Below, piece by piece: positions 16,905 through 24,000 of a DNA stretch of 24,000 nucleotides (positions within the stretch are counted from its first letter, which is position 1; every line of letters begins with the position of its first letter). The DNA is from Pusillimonas caeni (GTDB lineage Bacteria > Pseudomonadota > Gammaproteobacteria > Burkholderiales > Burkholderiaceae_B). The stretch lies in contig NZ_PDUW01000010.1 in the NCBI RefSeq assembly GCF_003545815.1, forward strand, positions 26,725-50,724. The letters run 5' to 3'. The notes below the pieces were generated by a model. That model was not told the origin of the DNA and searched no databases. It saw only the letters and a list, made by a program, of their open reading frames with translations. The position numbers and the translations under genes were made by a program.

Positions 16905-18314
16905 TTAGGAATGATTTGAAGCGGGGTCGTCCGGGGCGATGTCGACGCCGAGCGTCAGGCCGTCCATCGAGGTCACGCGCACCCGCTGCCCTAGATGCAG
17001 CCGCTGGCTGCTGCGCACCTTCCAGCGCTCGCCCCGCACGTCAGCATACGTCATGCCCTCTTCGACATGGGTGACGACCCCCATCTGCCCTATCATGTAT
17101 TCGGCTCCGCTGACGATGCGGCTGCGATACGATCGCAGTGCGAGATGGCCGATGACCAGCAGTACGGCCACACTGATCAGCGCCGACCCGATGATGAAGG
17201 GCAGCCCCAGGTCGAAGCCGGGCACGTCGCTGTCGGTCAGAAAGATGCCCCCCAGCACGAAGGCCGCGACGCCGCCCGCCCCGGCAATGCCGAAGCTGGG
17301 CAGGAACACCTCGGCCACCATCAGGCTCAGGCCCATGAAAATCAGGCCGACTCCCACCCAGTTGACCGGCAGCAGCTGAAAGGCATAGAAGGCCAGCAGC
17401 AGGCTGATGAGACCCGCAACGCCCGGCCCGGCGAGCCCCGGGCTGGTCACTTCGTAGAACAGGCCGTAGACGCCGATCATCATCAGAATCACCGCCACCT
17501 GCGGGTTGGCGATGAGAAGCAGCAGCTTGGTGCGCCAGTCGGGCTGCACTTGCTCGGCCGATGCTCCGGCGGTCGCCAGGCTGACCGATCGGCCGTTCTC
17601 CAGCTCGACTTGGCGGCCATCCAATTTGCGCAGCAGATCGGGAATGTCCGTGGCAATGACATCGATCACGTCGCCCGCCAGGGCTTCCTGGGCCGACATG
17701 CTGGCGGCGTCGAACACCGCCTGCTCGGCGAATTCTTTATTGCGGCTGCGCAGCTGGGCCAGGCTGCGTATGTAGGCGGCCGCGTCATTGCGCGCCTTGC
17801 GCCCGGAAGCATCCAGGGGCTCGGATTCGTTGTCGCCCTTCTTGTCGGCGGCAGGCGACGGGGAAGACCCGCCGATCTGGATCGGCGTGGCGGCGCCGAT
17901 GTTGCTGGCGGGCGCCATGGCGGCGATGTGGCTGGCGTACAGAATGAAGGTGCCGGCGCTGGCCGCCCGAGCGCCCGCGGGGGCCACGTAGGTGGCCACC
18001 GGCACCGGCGAAGCCAGTATGGCCTTGACGATGCTGCGCATCGAGGCGTCCAGCCCGCCGGGAGTGTCGAGCGTGATGACGACCAGTTGAGCCTGCTGCG
18101 CTGCTGCCCGGTCGATGCCGCGGACGATGAAATCGGATGAGGCGGGACTGATGATGCCGTCGAGCTGCAGCTCGACCACTTTCCCGCCGCTTCCGTCTTG
18201 GCCGAAAGCCGGCAAGGCCACGCAAAGGAGTGCTATGGCCATGGCGATGGCGATGAAAAGAGGGAGAATGCCCCCACGCTGCGGCGAATGTCTGGCTTGA
18301 TCGAATCGGGTCAT
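16905..18314 (-). CDS. NfeD-family membrane-bound ClpP-class serine protease
   Basis: 469 aa. It has a signal/TM segment, a ClpP-like domain ([19 protein letters not shown]...[10 protein letters not shown]), a polytopic middle region and a C-terminal NfeD OB-fold ([28 protein letters not shown]). It ends 22 nt before the SPFH gene, the classic NfeD-stomatin operon arrangement. Confidence 0.9.
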   Translation of the reverse strand: MTRFDQARHSPQRGGILPLFIAIAMAIALLCVALPAFGQDGSGGKVVELQLDGIISPASSDFIVRGIDRAAAQQAQLVVITLDTPGGLDASMRSIVKAILASPVPVATYVAPAGARAASAGTFILYASHIAAMAPASNIGAATPIQIGGSSPSPAADKKGDNESEPLDASGRKARNDAAAYIRSLAQLRSRNKEFAEQAVFDAASMSAQEALAGDVIDVIATDIPDLLRKLDGRQVELENGRSVSLATAGASAEQVQPDWRTKLLLLIANPQVAVILMMIGVYGLFYEVTSPGLAGPGVAGLISLLLAFYAFQLLPVNWVGVGLIFMGLSLMVAEVFLPSFGIAGAGGVAAFVLGGIFLTDSDVPGFDLGLPFIIGSALISVAVLLVIGHLALRSYRSRIVSGAEYMIGQMGVVTHVEEGMTYADVRGERWKVRSSQRLHLGQRVRVTSMDGLTLGVDIAPDDPASNHS

Positions 18315-18409
18315 TGCAGCTTTCCGGTGTACGGCGCCCCGAGAACGCCTTCAAGGCCAGTATAGCCTTACTCGAAGCTTAATCGATGCAGGCAACGGTT
18401 CGGGCGGGA

Positions 18410-18801
18410 TCAGCCGCCCTGCTTGGACGTTTTGCGCAGGGAGCGTGCAACGCGTTCGATTTCGGCGGCCAGGATGACCGCGTGGTTGTGTTCGGTGTCG
18501 CGGGCGCCGTACAGCAAGGTAATGTGGGAAGCGCCCGAGTCCTGGACGAGCTGGCGCATGCGCTCTTTCTGCTCTTCGCTTCGCAATTCGGTTTCGTACT
18601 CGTCGCGGAATTTTTCCCAGTGCTCCGCCTTGTGGCCGAACCATTTGCGCAGCGCGGGACTGGGAGCAAGGTCTTTGCACCAAGCATCGAAATGGAGCTC
18701 TTCCCGGGAAACGCCCCGAGGCCACAGGCGATCGACCAGGACGCGATACCCATCGCCCTTGGCCGCCTCTTCGTAGGCGCGCTTGACGTCGACCTGTATT
18801 T

Positions 18802-18805
<4 letters not shown>
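18410..18805 (-). CDS. DUF488 (YeaO-like) protein
   Basis: From ATG 18805, [35 protein letters not shown]...ALRKWFGH...[14 protein letters not shown] aligns with E. coli YeaO. The start overlaps the fumC stop (ATGA on the minus strand). Confidence 0.85.
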
Positions 18806-20205
<1,400 letters not shown>

Positions 20206-20240
20206 GTGTTGGGCTCCTGGTTCGAGTGTGGCGGGGAACC

Positions 20241-20283
20241 GGCAATCGCGGTGGCCAGGCGATTGCCATCGAACTCAACTATA
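20241..20283 (-). promoter_or_regulatory. Putative fumC -10 element plus leader inverted repeat
   Basis: On the minus strand, TATAGT lies at 20283-20278 with no convincing -35. Downstream of it sits the perfect inverted repeat GGCAATCGC (20241-20249) / GCGATTGCC (20259-20267) with a 9-nt spacer. It lies between the -10 and the start codon, so it could be an operator or a 5-prime UTR hairpin. Confidence 0.3.
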
Positions 20284-20351
20284 CGCTTTTGCCTGGTCTT
20301 GTGGCGAGTAAGCCTCAATCGTCTGCGCTCTCACAATAAGCCCAATTGCAA

Positions 20352-20566
20352 GCCGCCGGAGGCGGGACCGCTCATGCCGGGCGTCGGAGGGCGCCGCGGG
20401 CTACCGAAGGGAGCGCGGGGGCAGTCGGCGAAAGCTGTCCGAGTTCCGAACCGCGTAGCGGTGAGGGCGAGTTCTTTCGCCGCCCGCGCGTACGAGGTAG
20501 ACGCGGGGAGTCCGGCGCAGCCGGACCGCCTGACCGCCCGGCATGAGCGGTCCCGCCTCCGGCGGC
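20352..20566. repeat. Hairpin element A: 215 nt closed by a perfect 32-bp stem, with a structured 151-nt interior
   Basis: 20352-20383 (GCCGCCGGAGGCGGGACCGCTCATGCCGGGCG) is the exact reverse complement of 20535-20566. The interior contains several nested local hairpins. It is non-coding and has no T-tract. Confidence 0.7.
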
Positions 20567-20667
20567 GCTAAAGAACCCAAATTGAAACGCTCCAGGAACC
20601 AGAGTGCTTCAATGAGGCAAGAAGGCCGGGAGTCATATGGTGACGGTTGTGGATTGAGTTCTTGAAC

Positions 20668-20760
20668 GCCGCTGGAGGTAAAGGCTCTTTTCCCGGGCGG
20701 TCGGGCGGTCCGAGGCAGCGCCCTCCAACGCCCGGGAAAAGAGCCTTTACCTCCAGCGGC
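20668..20760. repeat. Hairpin element B: 93-nt inverted, internally deleted copy of element A with a perfect 32-bp stem
   Basis: 20668-20699 (GCCGCTGGAGGTAAAGGCTCTTTTCCCGGGCG) is the exact reverse complement of 20729-20760. The reverse complement of the 29-nt loop (TTGGAGGGCGCTGC-CT-CGGACCGCCCGAC) matches the first 14 and last 13 nt of the interior of A. Confidence 0.7.
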
Positions 20761-20771
20761 TTGCACCATGG

Positions 20772-20806
20772 CACAGCATAGAGGGGTCTAGACACGGCAT
20801 AGAGGG
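20772..20806. repeat. Tandem direct repeat CAC(A/G)GCATAGAGGG, two units 21 nt apart
   Basis: CACAGCATAGAGGGG at 20772-20786 and CACGGCATAGAGGG at 20793-20806. They lie between element B and the stop of the Epd-like gene. Confidence 0.4.
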
Positions 20807-20825
20807 CTACTTCTCCGCGGAAAGC

Positions 20826-21854
20826 TCAGCGAACCAGCCCGGCCCAATAATCCGCCACATCCAGCAGCCGATTCGTAAAGCCCCACTCGTTATCGAACCA
20901 CACCAGCACATTCGCCATGCGCGGCCCGCAAAGCCGGGTCTGGCTGCCGTCGATGATGGCCGAGTGCGGATCGTGGTTGAAGTCCACCGATGCATGCGGC
21001 TGGTCCGAATAGGCAATGAGGCCCGGCGCGCCCTCCGCCGCCGCGCGCATCAGCGCGTTGATCTCCTCCACGTCCAGGTCGCTGCCCGTCTGGAACATCA
21101 GATCGATCGCCGACACATTGAGCGTGGGGACCCGGATGGCCTTGGCCTGTACCCTGCCCGACAGCTCGGGCAAAAGGCGCTCCACGCCCTTCGCCAAACC
21201 GGTCGAGACCGGAACAAACGACTGCATCGCCGAACGCGTGCGCCGCAAGTCCGAATTGTGATAGCCGTCGATCAGCGGCTGATCGTTCATGACCGAGTGC
21301 AGCGTCGTCAGGAACGCCTGCTCCATGCCGAAGGAGCGATGCAGCACGTCCAGGACCGGCACGATGGCATTGGTGGTGCACGAGGCGTTGGAGACCAGCC
21401 GCTCTGTGCCGGCGAGGCTTTCGTGATTGATGCCGTAGACCACGGTCGCATCCACGTCGGCCGCGCTGGCTCCGGGGTGCGACAGCAGCAGGCGCGGCAC
21501 GCCCGCATCCAGAAAACGCTGCAACTGCTCGCGGCTGCCGTAGCGGCCCGAGCACTCCACCAGCATATCCACGTCCAGCGCCTGCCAGGGCACTTCTTCG
21601 GGCGTGCCGGCGTGCGTGACCGAGATTGCCTGTCCGTCGATGATCAGGCTGTCATCGCCCTGTTCGACCTTGCCGTGGAAGACGCCGTGCGTCGAGTCGA
21701 AGCGCGTCAGATAGGCCATGGTGTCCAGGTCGGCAGGCTCGTTGATGGCCACGATGCGGAAGCGGTTTTTCAGGGGCGACTCGTGCAGGGCGCGCAGGAA
21801 GCAGCGTCCGATGCGGCCATATCCGTTGATGGCCAGGCGTAACGGTGTGTTCAT
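20826..21854 (-). CDS. GAPDH-family dehydrogenase, erythrose-4-phosphate dehydrogenase (Epd)-like
   Basis: 342 aa with INGYGRIGR and the active-site motif SNASCTTNA. LLSHPGASAADVDATVVYGINHESL, HNSDLRRTRSAMQSFVPVSTGLAKG, VDFNHDPHSAIIDGSQTR and LVWFDNEWGFTNR track E. coli Epd more closely than glycolytic GapA. Substrate specificity is inferred, not shown. Confidence 0.85.
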   Translation of the reverse strand: MNTPLRLAINGYGRIGRCFLRALHESPLKNRFRIVAINEPADLDTMAYLTRFDSTHGVFHGKVEQGDDSLIIDGQAISVTHAGTPEEVPWQALDVDMLVECSGRYGSREQLQRFLDAGVPRLLLSHPGASAADVDATVVYGINHESLAGTERLVSNASCTTNAIVPVLDVLHRSFGMEQAFLTTLHSVMNDQPLIDGYHNSDLRRTRSAMQSFVPVSTGLAKGVERLLPELSGRVQAKAIRVPTLNVSAIDLMFQTGSDLDVEEINALMRAAAEGAPGLIAYSDQPHASVDFNHDPHSAIIDGSQTRLCGPRMANVLVWFDNEWGFTNRLLDVADYWAGLVR

Positions 21855-21983
21855 GTCGATGAAGCTGAATCAGAAATGTGCGTCGAAACAGGGTCGATGG
21901 CAAAGTATGTCAGTGTATACCCTGGCCGCCGGCATGGATCCCATGGCCCTTGCGCGTCCCGGCGCGGACGCTCGGGCATGAAG

Positions 21984-22754
21984 CTAGAACGCGATCGAAA
22001 ACCCGCCGTCCACCACCAGGATGTGTCCGTTCACATAAGAGGCCGACGGCGAGGCCAGAAAGACGGCGGCGCCCGCGATCTCATGCGGCTGGGCCCAGCG
22101 CTCGAGCGGATTGCGGCCCAGCACGCGCGGACCCTGGACGGGGTCGCCTGCGAGCCGCACATTGCTTTCGGTGGCGAAGGTGCCCGGAGCAATGCCGTTG
22201 CTGGTGATGCCGACGGGCCCGTACTCCACGGCCAGGGCTTTCACCAGACCGGCCAGGCCGTGCTTTGCGACGGCGTAGATAGCGTCGCCCGGGCGCGCCA
22301 CGCGATCGGCGATCGAAGTGAGCGTGATGATGCGGCCCCCCAGGCCGTCTTGCGCCATGCGCTGCGCGGCCAGCTTGGACAGATGCATGGCCGCGATCAG
22401 GTCGATGTGGATCAGGGCCTGGATCTCTTCGGCGCTGGACTCGCCCAGGCTCTTGCGCAGGCGGACCCCCACGTTGTTGACCAGGATGTCGGGCGCACCC
22501 GACCGGCTGCACAACTGTTCGAAGACCTGAGCCTGCTCCGCAAGATCGCCCACGTCGTGCACCAGCGGTTCGGCGCGGCCGCCGCCTTCGTTTATGCCTC
22601 GTAGGGCCCGCATCACGCGCGCTTCCGAACGGCCATTGATGATGACCCGCGCTCCGCTGGCCGCGTACGCCTTGGCGATTTCAAGTCCCAGCCCCTGGGT
22701 CGAGCCGGTGATGAGCGCTGTCTTGCCGGAGAGGGAAAAATCGGGTGCTTGCAT
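21984..22754 (-). CDS. SDR-family oxidoreductase (gluconate 5-dehydrogenase / 3-oxoacyl-ACP reductase-like)
   Basis: 256 aa with the TGSTQGLG cofactor motif, NNVG, and the catalytic YAVAKHGLAGL (YxxxK). Confidence 0.9.
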   Translation of the reverse strand: MQAPDFSLSGKTALITGSTQGLGLEIAKAYAASGARVIINGRSEARVMRALRGINEGGGRAEPLVHDVGDLAEQAQVFEQLCSRSGAPDILVNNVGVRLRKSLGESSAEEIQALIHIDLIAAMHLSKLAAQRMAQDGLGGRIITLTSIADRVARPGDAIYAVAKHGLAGLVKALAVEYGPVGITSNGIAPGTFATESNVRLAGDPVQGPRVLGRNPLERWAQPHEIAGAAVFLASPSASYVNGHILVVDGGFSIAF

Positions 22755-22904
22755 GGTGGCGATGGATGGTGGTCAGGAAGGAGTGGTCCGGCGGAGCCGG
22801 ACCGGAAAAACGGTTTCTTGGCGCGCGGCATTCCGGTGCCCGTGCAGTATGCAGCGAGCTTGCAAGCCGATATAGTAATGTTTGTGCACTTTCAAGGTCC
22901 TCTT

Positions 22905-24000
22905 ATGCTTTTTTTCCTTCTCGCCGGCCTTCTTCAGCCAGGTATCATGCCGGCCGAGGCCGCGGCCCAGCCTGTGCCGCCCGTCTATCCGATCGAGACT
23001 TTTTTCCGCAATCCCGCCCGGGGTTTTTTCAGGCTGTCGGACGACGGCTCGATGTTGGGCTTCATGGAGCCGGTATCCATCGATGGACAGCCGGCGCGCA
23101 TGAACATCTTCGTCCAGCCTCTGGAAGGCAGCCGCCCCACGGGCACGGCTCGGCGCATCACCGCCGAAACAGAGCGCGACATCAGCGGCTATTTCTGGAA
23201 GGGCGAACACACCGTCATCTACGAAAAGGACTTCAACGGCGACGAGAACTTCCACGTACTGGCAGTCGACATCCTGACCGGAGCCGTCACCGACCTGACG
23301 CCCTTTCCCGGCGTGCGGGCCAGCATCGAAGACGATCTCGAAGACGACCCCGACCACGTGCTGATCAGCCACAACGGACGCAACCCCGAGGTATTCGATG
23401 TGTATCGGGCGGACGTCCGCAACGGCGAACTTGCGCTGGTAGCCGAGAACCCGGGCAATATCGTCGGCTGGCAAACCGACCACGCCGGACGCGTCAGGGC
23501 CGGCATCGCCAGCGACGGCCTGAATGCAGTACTGCTGTACCGCAATGACGAACACAGTGAATTCCGGCCCCTGATCCAGACCGACTTCCGCACCACAGTC
23601 GCACCGCAATTCTTCGACTTCGACAACGTCGGATTCTATGCCCTGAGCAATCGAGGGCGCGACAAGCTCACCTTGGTGCGCATCGACCCGGCCCATCCGG
23701 ACAGCGAAGAAGTCATATTCGAGAATCCCGAGGTCGATCTGGATGGCGCCGGCTATTCAAAGCTGCGCAAAGTGCTTACTGTCGCGGCCTACCAGACAGA
23801 CAAGCCCGCCTACCATTTCTTCGATGATGTCAGTCGCGATCGCCACCGACGCCTGCAGCGGCATCTGCCGGGATACGAAATCGCCTATCAAAGCAGTACG
23901 CTCGATGAAAACAAATTCATTGTGGCCGCCTACAACGACCGCACGCCGGGCAGCCGTCATATCTACGACGCACAACGCGACACCTTGGACAAGCTGGCCG
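22905..24000 (+). CDS. S9-family (prolyl oligopeptidase / dipeptidyl aminopeptidase-like) serine peptidase, N-terminal propeller part; 3-prime end outside the window
   Basis: Absent from the ORF track because it has no stop in the window. AAGG lies 7 nt upstream of ATG 22905. The product starts with the signal-like MLFFLLAGLLQPGIMPAEA. It continues PIETFFRNPARGFFRLSDDGSMLGF...NIFVQPL...DENFHVLAVDILTG...ISHNGRNPEVFDVYRADVRNGE...GWQTDHAGRVRAG, typical of the beta-propeller half of S9 peptidases. The catalytic domain is not in the window. In-frame ATG 22878 and GTG 22884 are alternative starts. The 22773..23696 minus ORF is its shadow. Confidence 0.7.
   Translation, partial: MLFFLLAGLLQPGIMPAEAAAQPVPPVYPIETFFRNPARGFFRLSDDGSMLGFMEPVSIDGQPARMNIFVQPLEGSRPTGTARRITAETERDISGYFWKGEHTVIYEKDFNGDENFHVLAVDILTGAVTDLTPFPGVRASIEDDLEDDPDHVLISHNGRNPEVFDVYRADVRNGELALVAENPGNIVGWQTDHAGRVRAGIASDGLNAVLLYRNDEHSEFRPLIQTDFRTTVAPQFFDFDNVGFYALSNRGRDKLTLVRIDPAHPDSEEVIFENPEVDLDGAGYSKLRKVLTVAAYQTDKPAYHFFDDVSRDRHRRLQRHLPGYEIAYQSSTLDENKFIVAAYNDRTPGSRHIYDAQRDTLDKLA

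Noticed and set aside
16016-18140. 281-aa and 381-aa plus-strand ORFs opposite the SPFH and NfeD genes
   Set aside because: These are shadow ORFs with low-complexity H/Q/G/D/R-rich translations. The minus strand has the recognised families.
20352-20566. Retron msr/msd, riboswitch, or known housekeeping RNA (6S, SRP, tmRNA, RNase P) as the identity of element A
   Set aside because: No reverse transcriptase gene is adjacent, which a retron needs. I could not find conserved cores from memory: no B12 box, glycine, ZTP or c-di-GMP cores, no SRP GGAAGCAGCC, no tmRNA tag. The presence of a second, internally deleted copy argues for a repeat family rather than a single-copy housekeeping RNA. A proper Rfam scan is still needed.
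20346-20769. Small ORFs 20346..20546 (+) and 20401..20769 (-), both containing PPEAGPLMPG
   Set aside because: The same peptide appears on both strands because the DNA is a perfect palindrome. There are no SD sequences and the composition is Arg/Pro/Gly-rich, so they are not coding.

Overview
GC-rich chromosomal segment. The azurin sequence, gene content and codon style suggest a betaproteobacterium, possibly an Alcaligenaceae such as a Bordetella or Achromobacter relative; this is inference only. I can support 21 protein-coding genes. Two run off the window edges and are therefore missing from the supplied ORF track: a sulfatase lipoprotein on the minus strand at 1-1477, and an S9-type peptidase on the plus strand from 22905. 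Left to right: sulfatase (-), YdeP-like molybdopterin oxidoreductase (-), HemJ/CopD-like membrane protein (+), DUF2231 membrane protein (-), an aa3-type oxidase cluster (CuA subunit II, an 825-aa subunit I with a long polytopic C-terminal extension, and a coupled small membrane ORF), an orphan LivJ/K-type binding protein, azurin, an FMN reductase (-), acetoacetyl-CoA synthetase plus MarR regulator, UspA, PQQ-dependent sugar dehydrogenase (-), the NfeD/SPFH pair (-), fumC translationally coupled to a DUF488 gene (-), an Epd-like GAPDH paralogue (-), an SDR (-) and the S9 peptidase (+). I see no rRNA, tRNA, CRISPR array, transposase, integrase or recognisable defence genes. The coding content looks like ordinary core or metabolic genome, and I found no novel multi-gene system. 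The one thing the gene map does not explain is the 620-bp gap between the Epd-like gene and fumC. It holds two inverted copies of a hairpin element, each with a perfect 32-bp stem. The two stems differ from each other at 11 of 32 positions, and every difference is compensated in the opposite arm. The longer copy has a multi-hairpin interior that the shorter copy has precisely lost. Other notes: a class II FNR/ANR-type promoter in front of azurin, an ambiguous or possibly frameshifted N-terminus of oxidase subunit II, and a 120-bp convergent gene overlap. Many long ORFs in the track are antisense or alternate-frame shadows typical of high-GC DNA.
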